Shown here in pieces: positions 7,161 through 19,228 of a stretch of 36,217 nucleotides of DNA. Position 1 is the stretch's first letter. The number at the start of each line of letters is the position of its first letter. Source of the stretch: Sandaracinaceae bacterium (lineage in GTDB: Bacteria; Myxococcota_A; Polyangia; Polyangiales; Sandaracinaceae); the NCBI GenBank assembly GCA_044220955.1, contig JBGAQA010000023.1:1-36217 (forward strand). Reading direction: 5' to 3'. The notes beneath the pieces are model-generated. The model was given only the letters and a program-made list of their open reading frames with translations, was not told the DNA's origin and did not search any database. Position numbers and translations under genes: made by a program.

Positions 7161-8828
7161 ATGAAGTTGCCCCCGCCTCCCCGCCTGAGCGGCCCCGTGC
7201 TGCGCGCCATCGTCCACGCGACCGAGCGAGAGAGCGTACGCGGCGTTCTCGGCGGACTGATGCGCAAGGATCTCGGCGTCGACGAGGCGCTCGCGCTGCC
7301 GCAGAGCGCGCGCGGCGTGCTGCCGCTCTCGGCCCGACCCTGGCAGGCGCGGGGGCTGCATCCGCGGGGCCCCGAGGATCTTCCGCTGCCGGCGACCCGA
7401 CGCGACTTCACGCCGACCGCGGCGCAGATCGCCGCGCGCTACCGCGAGGGCGCCGCCGATCCGGTCGAGCTCACCGAGCGCGCCCTCCGTCTGGCGCGAA
7501 ACCTCGCCGGGCGGAAGCCCTCGATGGGCCCCATGCTGCACTACGACGACGAGCGCGCGCTGGCGGACGCCGCCGCCAGCCGCGACCGCTGGCGCGCGGG
7601 CCGTCCTCTCGGACCGCTCGACGGGATCCTCGTCCCCGTGAAGGAGGAGGTCGACATCGACGGCCACGGCGCGCGGCTCGGGTGCGCGGCTCCGGCGCGA
7701 ACCGACGCGAAGGACGCCACCGTCGTGCGGCGCCTGCGCGACGCCGGCGCGATCATCCTCGGCACCACGTGCATGACCGAGTACGGCATGTCGCCGCTCG
7801 GCGTCTCGGCGCGCCGGACGCTGCCACGCAACGCGCAGAACCCGCGCCACGCAGCGGGCGGAAGCAGCACCGGCTCGGCCGTGGCGGTGGCGGTCGGCCT
7901 CGCGCCGGTGGCGCTCGGGTCCGACGGCGGCGGCTCGATCCGCATCCCCAGCGCGTTCCAGGGCATCTTCGGGATCAAGCCGACGTTCGGGCGCGTGTCG
8001 CGCCACGGCGACGGATTCGGCGGGACGATGGCTCACCTCGGGCCGCTCGGCGCGAGCGTCCGCGACCTCGCGATCTTCCTCGAGGCGGTCGCCGGAGAGG
8101 ACGCCGAGGACGAGCTCACGCACCGCAACCCCGGGTTCGTGCGGGGATGGCTCGAGGCCTCGCTCGGCGGCGGCGTGAAGGGGATGCGCATCGGCGTGCT
8201 CGAGGAGGAGATCTCGGCCGCCGAGGTGCAGATCGCGCGCGCGTGCCGCGAGGCGCTCGCTGCGCTCGAGAAGGAGGGCGCGACGCTCGTCCCCGTGTCG
8301 CTGCGCCACGCGAAGCACGCGTCCGCGATCGGCTACCTCTCGATCGGGCTCGAGGCGTACGCGGCGCTCTTGCCCCAGCGCCGGCACGACTTCGGCTCGA
8401 TCGGAACCGACCTGCAGCTGCTCTGCCGGATCATGAGCACCTTCGAGCCGGACGACTACCTCGACGCCCAGTGCCTGCGCGCGGGCCTGCGCCGGGACGT
8501 CGCGGCGCTGCTCGCGGACGTCGACGTGCTGGCGATGCCGACCACGGCGCGCACCGCGCCGATCGTGAGCGACGCAGACGTGCTGGGCGGCATGGCGGAC
8601 ACGCCCGAGCTCGCCGCGGCATGCCGCTTCGCGTTCCTCGGCAACCTCACCGGCCTGCCCGCCGGCACGGCGCCGATCGGCAACGACGCGCGCGGGATGC
8701 CGATGGGTCTGCAGATCCTCGGGGACGCGTGGGACGAGGCCGGCGTGCTGCGTGTCCTGGCGCACCTCGAGCGCACGGGCGTCTCGACGGTGACGAAGCC
8801 CGCCGTGAACGTCGACCTGCTCGGCTGA
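7161..8828 (+). CDS. Amidase signature family enzyme, plant FAAH-like
   Basis: Ser-cisSer-Lys triad motifs VPVKEE, GGSSTGS and GSDGGGSIRIPS. N-terminal extension PRLSGPVL...LMRKDLG and C-terminus VTKPAVNVDLL recall plant fatty-acid amide hydrolase. Confidence 0.9.
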   Translation: MKLPPPPRLSGPVLRAIVHATERESVRGVLGGLMRKDLGVDEALALPQSARGVLPLSARPWQARGLHPRGPEDLPLPATRRDFTPTAAQIAARYREGAADPVELTERALRLARNLAGRKPSMGPMLHYDDERALADAAASRDRWRAGRPLGPLDGILVPVKEEVDIDGHGARLGCAAPARTDAKDATVVRRLRDAGAIILGTTCMTEYGMSPLGVSARRTLPRNAQNPRHAAGGSSTGSAVAVAVGLAPVALGSDGGGSIRIPSAFQGIFGIKPTFGRVSRHGDGFGGTMAHLGPLGASVRDLAIFLEAVAGEDAEDELTHRNPGFVRGWLEASLGGGVKGMRIGVLEEEISAAEVQIARACREALAALEKEGATLVPVSLRHAKHASAIGYLSIGLEAYAALLPQRRHDFGSIGTDLQLLCRIMSTFEPDDYLDAQCLRAGLRRDVAALLADVDVLAMPTTARTAPIVSDADVLGGMADTPELAAACRFAFLGNLTGLPAGTAPIGNDARGMPMGLQILGDAWDEAGVLRVLAHLERTGVSTVTKPAVNVDLLG

Positions 8829-9544
8829 TGGCGACGCTGGCATCGGTCACCGAGCGCCTGCGCAAGGACGTCGACGCGCTCTCGTTCGCGCCGCCGGTCA
8901 CGCACGTCTACGATCCGCTCGACTACGCACGGCGCCCTCACGCGCGCTACCTCGAGCGATGGGGCGCGGGGCCGAAGGAGGTCGTGTTCCTCGGCATGAA
9001 CCCCGGTCCGTTCGGTATGGCACAGACGGGCGTCCCCTTCGGCGAGGTCTCTCTCGCGCGCGACTTCGTGGGCGTGGAAGCGAAGGTCGAGCGCCCGGCA
9101 CGCGAGCACCCCAGGCGGCCGATCGAGGGCTTCGCGTGCGCGCGCAGCGAGGTGAGCGGCCAGCGCTTCTGGGGCTGGGCCAGGGCGCGCTTCGCGACAC
9201 CGGAGCGTTTCTTCGCGCGCTTCTTCGTGATCAACTACTGCCCGCTGGTGTTCATGGAGGCGAGCGGCAAGAACCGGACGCCCGACAAGCTCCCCGCGGG
9301 CGAGCGCGAGGCGCTCTACGCGGCGTGCGACCGCGCCCTCCGGGCGATGGTGGAGCTGCTCGCGCCGGCGCGCGTCGTCGGCGTGGGCGCCTTCGCCGAG
9401 CAGCGGGCGAGGGAAGCGCTCGCCGGGCGCGCGATCGAGATCGGGGCGATCTTGCACCCGAGCCCCGCCAGCCCGCTCGCGAACAAGGGCTGGGCGGAGA
9501 AGGCCGAGGCGCAGCTCCGCGCGATGGGAGTGCCCGTCCCGTGA
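8828..9544 (+). CDS. smug1: SMUG1-type (family 3) uracil-DNA glycosylase
   Basis: Motifs GMNPGPFGMAQTGVPFG, SEVSG, NYCPL, KNRTPDKL and HPSP. ATG overlaps the amidase stop (TGATG). Confidence 0.92.
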   Translation: MATLASVTERLRKDVDALSFAPPVTHVYDPLDYARRPHARYLERWGAGPKEVVFLGMNPGPFGMAQTGVPFGEVSLARDFVGVEAKVERPAREHPRRPIEGFACARSEVSGQRFWGWARARFATPERFFARFFVINYCPLVFMEASGKNRTPDKLPAGEREALYAACDRALRAMVELLAPARVVGVGAFAEQRAREALAGRAIEIGAILHPSPASPLANKGWAEKAEAQLRAMGVPVP

Positions 9545-9987
9545 GCGACGACGACCCGGAGGCCTACACGCCCGAGATGCTCGCGCGCATGAGCGCGATG
9601 ATCCGCGACTTCGTCCCGCACAACAAGGCGCTCGGCCTCGAGGTCGTGCGGATGGGGAAGGCCGACGTCTGGGTGAAGCTCCCGTGGGCCGAGCAGCTCG
9701 TCGGCAACCCGACGACGGGAGCGCTCCACGGCGGCGCGATCTCGAGCGCGATGGACGCGGCAGGAGGCCTCGCGGTGATGGCGAGGCTGGGCAGGCCGGG
9801 CAGCATCGCGACGCTGGATCTGCGGATCGACTACATGAAGGCCGCCAAGCGCGGGCAGGACGTGACCATCCACGCCAGCTGCTACAAGGCGACGCGTCAC
9901 GTGTGCTTCGTGCGCGGCACCGCGTACACCGTGGACCCGAGCGATCCGGTCGCCGCGCTCGCCGCGACCTTCGCGAGGAAGTCGTGA
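9541..9987 (+). CDS. PaaI-family hot-dog thioesterase (A)
   Basis: LVGNPTTGALHGGAISSAMD and ATLDLRIDY. GTG overlaps the upstream stop (GTGA). Confidence 0.9.
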   Translation: MSDDDPEAYTPEMLARMSAMIRDFVPHNKALGLEVVRMGKADVWVKLPWAEQLVGNPTTGALHGGAISSAMDAAGGLAVMARLGRPGSIATLDLRIDYMKAAKRGQDVTIHASCYKATRHVCFVRGTAYTVDPSDPVAALAATFARKS

Positions 9988-10433
9988 GCGGCGCGGACCT
10001 CGATCTCGTCGCCTTGCTCGCGCGGGCCCGCGCGAGCGGCGATGCGCGCATCTTGCTCGACGTGATCCCGTACGCACGCTTCCTCGGCCTCGAGGTCCGC
10101 AGGGAGAACGGCTCGCCGATCGCGTCCATGCGCTTCGGCGAGCACCTCGTGGGCGACGCGACCATCCCGGCGCTGCACGGCGGCACGCTGGCGGCGCTGC
10201 TCGAGTCCACCGCGATCCTCGCCGTGATGGTCGACCCGGCGACCGAGACGATGCCGCGGACGATCACGCTGACGATCGACTACCTGCGCTCGGGCCGGGC
10301 GATGGACACGCACTGCCGCGCGCGGATCGTGCGGCAGGGACGGCGCATCGCGGTGGTCGCCGTCGAGGCCTATCAGGACGACCCCGACAAGCCCTGTGCG
10401 ACCGCGGTCGTGCACGTCCTCGTCGCGGACTGA
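9984..10433 (+). CDS. PaaI-family hot-dog thioesterase (B)
   Basis: IPYARFLGL, ALHGGTLAALLE and TITLTIDYLRSG. GTGA overlap with thioesterase A. Confidence 0.9.
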   Translation: MSGADLDLVALLARARASGDARILLDVIPYARFLGLEVRRENGSPIASMRFGEHLVGDATIPALHGGTLAALLESTAILAVMVDPATETMPRTITLTIDYLRSGRAMDTHCRARIVRQGRRIAVVAVEAYQDDPDKPCATAVVHVLVAD

Positions 10434-10633
10434 TCTTCAGCGGGCGTGAGCCGCCCCCTCGACGCACCGGCAGAGCCGGATGCGCCTCACCCCCTCACCG
10501 ACTCGGCTCGCTACCGCTCGCCTCGCGAAGCACACCGCTCGTCGCGCGCGCCGGCCTCGACAGCCCGAGGCCCTCATCGACTTGGGAACAGACTCCGAGG
10601 TCGGATGCGCGGTCCGGTCCTCGGGACGGTGCC

Positions 10634-13639
<3,006 letters not shown>

Positions 13640-13751
13640 GCCTCGCGCGCGAGCCCGGCCGCGCGACACGAAGCCGGGCGTGAGCGATGCAACGTGACGA
13701 TCCGCGCCCGCTCGCCCGGGAGCGGGGGAGACGAAGCGTGAGCGAGCGCTT

Positions 13752-13780
13752 TTGACGCTCGACGGAGCACGCCCCATACT
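13752..13780 (+). promoter_or_regulatory. Sigma70-type promoter for the ferredoxin gene
   Basis: TTGACG (13752-13757), 17-nt spacer, CATACT (13775-13780), 24 nt upstream of the ATG, which has an AAGG SD-like sequence. Confidence 0.65.
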
Positions 13781-13804
13781 CGCGCGCCCCACCAGAGCGA
13801 AGGC

Positions 13805-14110
13805 ATGGCAACCCACATCACGAGCGATTGCATCAACTGCGGCGCGTGCGAGCCGGAGTGTCCGAACCAGGCGATCAGCGAGGGCGACGACATCTACGTC
13901 ATCGACCCGAACCTGTGCACCGAGTGCGTCGGGTTCTACGACCACGAGGCCTGTCAGGCCGTGTGCCCGGTCGAGTGCTGCCTGCCGGATCCGAACCGAC
14001 CCGAGCAGGAGCCGGCGCTGCTCGAGCGTGCGCTCAAGCTGCACCCGGAAGACGGAGCGCTCGCCGAGCGCGCGTCGAAGAACGAGTACCCGTCGCGCTT
14101 CCGCAAGTGA
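13805..14110 (+). CDS. yfhL: YfhL-family 2[4Fe-4S] ferredoxin
   Basis: CINCGACEPECP and CTECVGFYDHEACQAVCPVEC. The insertion in the second cluster motif is typical of YfhL/Alvin-type ferredoxins. Confidence 0.88.
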   Translation: MATHITSDCINCGACEPECPNQAISEGDDIYVIDPNLCTECVGFYDHEACQAVCPVECCLPDPNRPEQEPALLERALKLHPEDGALAERASKNEYPSRFRK

Positions 14111-14114
14111 GCCG

Positions 14115-14819
14115 GTGCGCGGTCGTGCGCTCCTGCTGACGATCGCGCTCGTGGGCTGCGCGCCCGCGCTCTCGAGCTTCAGCGGATCGCGCACCACGCC
14201 CGAAGGACGCGGCGATGTCGCCGTGGGCGCGAGCGCGCGGGCGCCGCTCGGCGATCTCGCGCGGCCCGCCGATCAGGCCGTGCTCGGGCTCACCGCGCCA
14301 GGCGGCGTCGCGCCCGCCGGGTTCTTCCGGCTCGGCCTCTCCCGGCGCGCGGACCTCGGCGTGCTCGTCGCGGGGACGACCGGTCGCATCGAGCTGCGGC
14401 TCTCGCACCGCGTGAACGCCGTGGTGCGCGTGATCGGCGGCGTCAGCGGCTACGGCGGCTACGTGCAGCGCGGTGACGATCCGGAGGGGCGGGGCGAGGG
14501 TTTCCGCGCCGGCGCGCTCGTCCCGCTGGTGCTCTCGCTCGACATGGGCGGCGTCTTCGAAGCGTGGGGCGGCCTGCGCCTCGGGTACGAGCACGTGGCC
14601 GGGACCGTCCGCCCGGACGCGGCGCCCGCGACGGAGGGCGAGGCGAACGCGTTCCGCGGCGGGCTCGTCGTCGGGCTCGCCGTCGGCCTCACGCGCATCC
14701 ACGCGCTGATCGAGCTCGCCGCCGACTACGAGTACTGGCGCGGTCAGCTCGCAGGGAGCGACTTCGAGCGCCAGGGGATCGCGCTGATCCCGGGGTTCGC
14801 GGTGCGCGCGCGGTTCTGA
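14115..14819 (+). CDS. Hypothetical lipoprotein with outer-membrane beta-barrel-like sequence
   Basis: GTG start RGRALLLTIALVGC (lipobox LVGC). Alternating amphipathic beta segments. C-terminal GFAVRARF. Confidence 0.7.
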   Translation: MRGRALLLTIALVGCAPALSSFSGSRTTPEGRGDVAVGASARAPLGDLARPADQAVLGLTAPGGVAPAGFFRLGLSRRADLGVLVAGTTGRIELRLSHRVNAVVRVIGGVSGYGGYVQRGDDPEGRGEGFRAGALVPLVLSLDMGGVFEAWGGLRLGYEHVAGTVRPDAAPATEGEANAFRGGLVVGLAVGLTRIHALIELAADYEYWRGQLAGSDFERQGIALIPGFAVRARF

Positions 14820-14893
14820 GGGGAATAGCCCGAGGGCGGCCGCCCGTTCTTCGACGCCGCGGGTGTGCGGCGGTATCCTCGAGCCTGGGCCTG

Positions 14894-15535
14894 ATGCGAC
14901 GCGTTCCTGCAGCACTCTTCGTGATCGCGCTGGCGCTCGGCCTCGCGCTGCCGCACGCGCACGCCGACATCTACACGTATACGGACGAAGAGGGTGTCGT
15001 GCACTTCACGAACATCCCGCCGCAGCACCGTCGCGGCGTGCGTGTCGCCATCCGGACGCGCTCGGCTCACGACAGCGACGCGCCGCGCGCCGACCGCGGC
15101 ACGCGGGACACGTCGACGGATCGCTACCACCGCTACGACGCGCACATCCGCGAGGCGGCCGCGCTCTATCGGCTGCCGGAGGCGTTCCTCCGCGCGGTCA
15201 TCCGGGTCGAGAGCGACTATCAGCCGGGCGCGATCTCGCGGACGGGGGCGCAGGGGCTCACGCAGCTGATGCCCCACACGGCCGCGCGCATGGGCGTGCT
15301 CGACGCGTTCGATCCGCGGCAGAACATCCTCGGCGGCGCGCGCTACCTCCGCGTGCTCGCGAACCACTTCGAGGGCGACCTCATCCTCACGATCGCGGGC
15401 TACAACGCCGGCGAGGGCGCGGTCGACCGCTACAGCGGCGTGCCGCCCTACGACGAGACGCGCCGCTACGTGGAGCGCGTCCTCGGCTGGTACTACCGCT
15501 ACCTCGACGAGGCCGGCGCCGCCCACCTCGAGTAG
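14894..15535 (+). CDS. Soluble lytic transglycosylase (SLT domain) with N-terminal DUF4124-like domain
   Basis: Signal peptide ending AHA. DIYTYTDEEGVVHFTN; catalytic AVIRVES, GAQGLTQLMP, GYNAGEGAV and ETRRYV. Possible promoter TCGACG-17nt-TATCCT at 14851-14879. Confidence 0.92.
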   Translation: MRRVPAALFVIALALGLALPHAHADIYTYTDEEGVVHFTNIPPQHRRGVRVAIRTRSAHDSDAPRADRGTRDTSTDRYHRYDAHIREAAALYRLPEAFLRAVIRVESDYQPGAISRTGAQGLTQLMPHTAARMGVLDAFDPRQNILGGARYLRVLANHFEGDLILTIAGYNAGEGAVDRYSGVPPYDETRRYVERVLGWYYRYLDEAGAAHLE

Positions 15536-15557
15536 CGGCGCCCACCTCGAGTAGCGG
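15520..15557 (+). repeat. 19-bp tandem duplication spanning the slt stop codon
   Basis: cgcccacctcgagtagcgg occurs at 15520-15538 and again at 15539-15557. Confidence 0.9.
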
Positions 15558-15716
15558 GGTCACTCCACGGGGTCGCAACTCACCGAGATCACGAGGATCC
15601 GGCGGTAGGTGCGCGATTCGTGCGCGGGCCCGATTTCCGAGGGCGAAAACGCGAAACGCGCACCTAGCCGCCGGATCGGAAAGAATTCGCGTGGTTGAGA
15701 GGGTGTGGAGTGACCC
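15557..15716. mobile_element. Putative MITE-like remnant bounded by 12-bp terminal inverted repeats
   Basis: gggtcactccac (15557-15568) is the exact reverse complement of gtggagtgaccc (15705-15716, second copy 15745-15756). The right ends abut CTAG. No transposase in the window. Confidence 0.4.
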
Positions 15717-15755
15717 TAGCTGGCGCCCTAGCTGGCGAGAGGGTGTGGAGTGACC

Positions 15756-15767
<12 letters not shown>
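15697..15767. repeat. Nested direct repeats at the argF 3' end
   Basis: 29-bp gagagggtgtggagtgaccctagctggcg at 15697-15725 and 15737-15765. ccctagctggcg occurs three times (15714, 15726, 15754). Confidence 0.9.
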
Positions 15768-16664
<897 letters not shown>

Positions 16665-16754
16665 GGCGCGCAGACCCTAGCATTGCCCCGAATGTTCCGG
16701 CGCCGGTCCGGCGCATGGTAGGTTTCTCTCCCACGTCGGCGGGGACGAAGACAC

Positions 16755-18389
16755 TTGGAAGCCCACAAGCCCAAGATCCCACGCGTGGTCGCCGGCATCG
16801 CGATGCACGCACTGCCCCTGGCGCCGGTGGAGGGGTTCGTGCTCTCGCGCATCGACGCGGTCGCGAACCTCGTCGACATCGCCGATCTGACGTCGCTCGA
16901 CCTCGCAGAGGTCACGCGCATCATCGACAAGCTCATCCTGCTGGGCGCCGTGGAGTGGGCGGACGGCACCGTGCACCTGCCCCGGACGTCGGCCAAGAGC
17001 GTGGCGCCGCCTCGGCCCACCGCTCCGCGCCCGAGTCAGCTGCCACCTGCGAGGGTGTCGGAGGTGCGCTCGAGCCCCCCCGCGGCAGACACCGACGCCC
17101 AGCGCCGCCCCGCACCGGCCAGCGCGCCACCCGCCCCGAGCGTCGCGAAGGCCCCGTCTCCGGTCGCCGATGCGACGCCCGCTGCCCCGGCTGCGACCTC
17201 CGATGGGATCGAGCTGGCGCCCGAGCGGCGCAAGCGCATCGACGACCTCTACGTGGCGATCGATCTGCTCGACCACTACCAGATGCTCGGCATCTCGCAC
17301 CGGGCAGGCAAGCCCGAGGTGCGCAGCGCGTACTTCGAGCTCTCCAAGGTCTTCCACCCGGACACCGCGTTCCGGAAGAACGTGGGCAACTACCGCCAGA
17401 AGATGGAGGCCATCTTCAAGCGCCTGACCGAGGCCTACGAGGTGCTCGGCAAGAAGAAGTCGCGCGAGGAGTACGACGCGTACCTCGAGTCGATCGGGAC
17501 GAGCCGCGACGCCGAGGAGGCTCTCTCGGGCGAGAACGAGGTGCCCGAGGCGCTGCGCGGGCCCCCCGAGGCCGCGTCCCCGCCGCCGGTCGAGGGTCCG
17601 GCGCCCGCCCCACCTCCGCAGATGCCGGCGCGCACGACGCCCACCGACGAGGGCAAGCGCGTCGCCCGCGAGCTCCTGCAGAAGCGACTCGGCGCGATGC
17701 GCTCGGGGAGCGGGGCCTCCGTCTCCGCCTCCATCTCGTCGCCCGGCTCCGCGGCCGCGCCGTCGCAGCCTCCACCGGAGCCGTCCGCCCCCGTGCCCGA
17801 GCGCACGAAGAAGGAGGTGCTCCGCGACCTGACGAGCTCGCTCAAGGTCTCGGCCTCCCACACCGGCGGGGTCGACCGCGTGACGCGTCTGCTCGCGGAG
17901 GCGCAGGCGGCGGAGAACGCCGGCGATCTCAGCGGCGCCGTTCGCGCCTTCCGGCTCGCGATGGCCCTGGCCCCCGAGCGGCAGGAGATCGCGGACGCGC
18001 ACGCGCGCATCGCCAAGCAGCTCGCCGTCTCGCTCGCGGGGCAGTACGAGCAGCAGGCGCACTACGAAGAGAAGCACCAGAAGTGGGCGACCGCGGCGAC
18101 GAACTGGGCGAAGGTTCTCGAAGGGCGCCCCGACGACGTGCAGGCGCTCACGCGCGCCGCCGTCACGCTGCTGGAGGCCAAGGGTGACCTGCGACAGGCG
18201 CGCAACTTCGCGCAGCGGGCCGTCGAGCTCGCGCCGGAGGATGCCCAGGCTCACCTGGCGCTGGGTCGCATCTTCCACGCCGCCCAGCTGGGGCTGAACG
18301 CGCGGCGTGAGCTCGAGATCGTGCGCAAGCTCGACCCGCAGAACGCGATCGCCCAGCACCTGCTCAAGGAGCTCGCGACCCAGGGCTGA
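16755..18389 (+). CDS. Myxobacterial J-domain protein with N-terminal winged-helix-like segment and C-terminal TPRs
   Basis: LAPVEGFVLSRID... N-domain, Pro/Ala linker, J-domain DHYQMLG...VFHPD...LTEAYEVL, and C-terminal TPR-like helices. Start could be TTG 16755 or ATG 16803. Confidence 0.85.
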   Translation: MEAHKPKIPRVVAGIAMHALPLAPVEGFVLSRIDAVANLVDIADLTSLDLAEVTRIIDKLILLGAVEWADGTVHLPRTSAKSVAPPRPTAPRPSQLPPARVSEVRSSPPAADTDAQRRPAPASAPPAPSVAKAPSPVADATPAAPAATSDGIELAPERRKRIDDLYVAIDLLDHYQMLGISHRAGKPEVRSAYFELSKVFHPDTAFRKNVGNYRQKMEAIFKRLTEAYEVLGKKKSREEYDAYLESIGTSRDAEEALSGENEVPEALRGPPEAASPPPVEGPAPAPPPQMPARTTPTDEGKRVARELLQKRLGAMRSGSGASVSASISSPGSAAAPSQPPPEPSAPVPERTKKEVLRDLTSSLKVSASHTGGVDRVTRLLAEAQAAENAGDLSGAVRAFRLAMALAPERQEIADAHARIAKQLAVSLAGQYEQQAHYEEKHQKWATAATNWAKVLEGRPDDVQALTRAAVTLLEAKGDLRQARNFAQRAVELAPEDAQAHLALGRIFHAAQLGLNARRELEIVRKLDPQNAIAQHLLKELATQG

Positions 18390-18394
18390 GGCGG

Positions 18395-19228
18395 TCAGCC
18401 CTCGAGCGCAGCGAGCACGGCGCTCCGCATCGCCGCGACCGGGGGCGAGCACCCCATCCAGCGCTCGAGGCTGGCCGCGCCCTGGTGCACGAGCATGCCG
18501 ACGCCGTCGACGGTGCCGAGCCCGAGCGCGCGCGCGCGAGCGAGGAGCGCCGTCTCGCGGGGGCGGTACACGAGGTCGACGACGACGGCGCCGGGCGCGA
18601 GGCGCCCGAGCGCGAGCGAGGCGGCGAACGAGGCGGCCTCGGGACCGAGCGTCGCGCTCGTCGCCTGCACGAGAACCTCGGCCCCCGCGAGAGCCGCGTC
18701 GCGGCCGAAGGTCTCGGCCCGTCCGCGCGGGTGCAGCGCCGCGACCTGCTTCGCGGCGTCGAGCCGCCGGGCGACGACGACGACCTCGGCCGACTCCGAG
18801 AGCGCGATCACCGCCGCCCGCGCCGCGCCGCCCGCGCCGAGCACCACCGCTCGCGCACCTCGGACGCGGACCCGAGCCTCGTCGAGCGCGCGCTCGAGGC
18901 CGGTCGCGTCGGTGTTGGTGCCGATCCAGCCGCGCTCGGTGGCGAGCAGCGTGTTGGTCGCGCCGATCCGCCGCGCGCTCGGCTCGACCCCGGCGAGGTG
19001 CGCGAGCACCGCCGTCTTGTGCGGCGAGGTCACGTTGAGGCCCACGAAGCCTTCGTCGGCGAGGCGCCCGAGCGTTTCCTCGAGCGCCTCGGTCGCGACG
19101 TCGAGGGCCTCGTACGACACGTCCGCACGGCCGAGCGCGTCGAGCGCCGCGCGGTGCATCACGGGCGAGAGCGAGTGCGCGATGGGGTGCCCGATCACGG
19201 CGAGGCGGGTGCGCGCCGCGGCCCTCAC
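18395..19228 (-). CDS. aroE: Shikimate dehydrogenase
   Basis: GHPIAHSLSP, NVTSPHK, NTD, GAGGAARA, DLVYRP and GMLVHQG. GTG overlaps the xseA stop. Confidence 0.95.
   Translation of the reverse strand: MRAAARTRLAVIGHPIAHSLSPVMHRAALDALGRADVSYEALDVATEALEETLGRLADEGFVGLNVTSPHKTAVLAHLAGVEPSARRIGATNTLLATERGWIGTNTDATGLERALDEARVRVRGARAVVLGAGGAARAAVIALSESAEVVVVARRLDAAKQVAALHPRGRAETFGRDAALAGAEVLVQATSATLGPEAASFAASLALGRLAPGAVVVDLVYRPRETALLARARALGLGTVDGVGMLVHQGAASLERWMGCSPPVAAMRSAVLAALEG

Noticed and set aside
7161..8828. gatA
   Set aside because: No gatC or gatB adjacent, and the termini fit a FAAH-like amidase rather than GatA.
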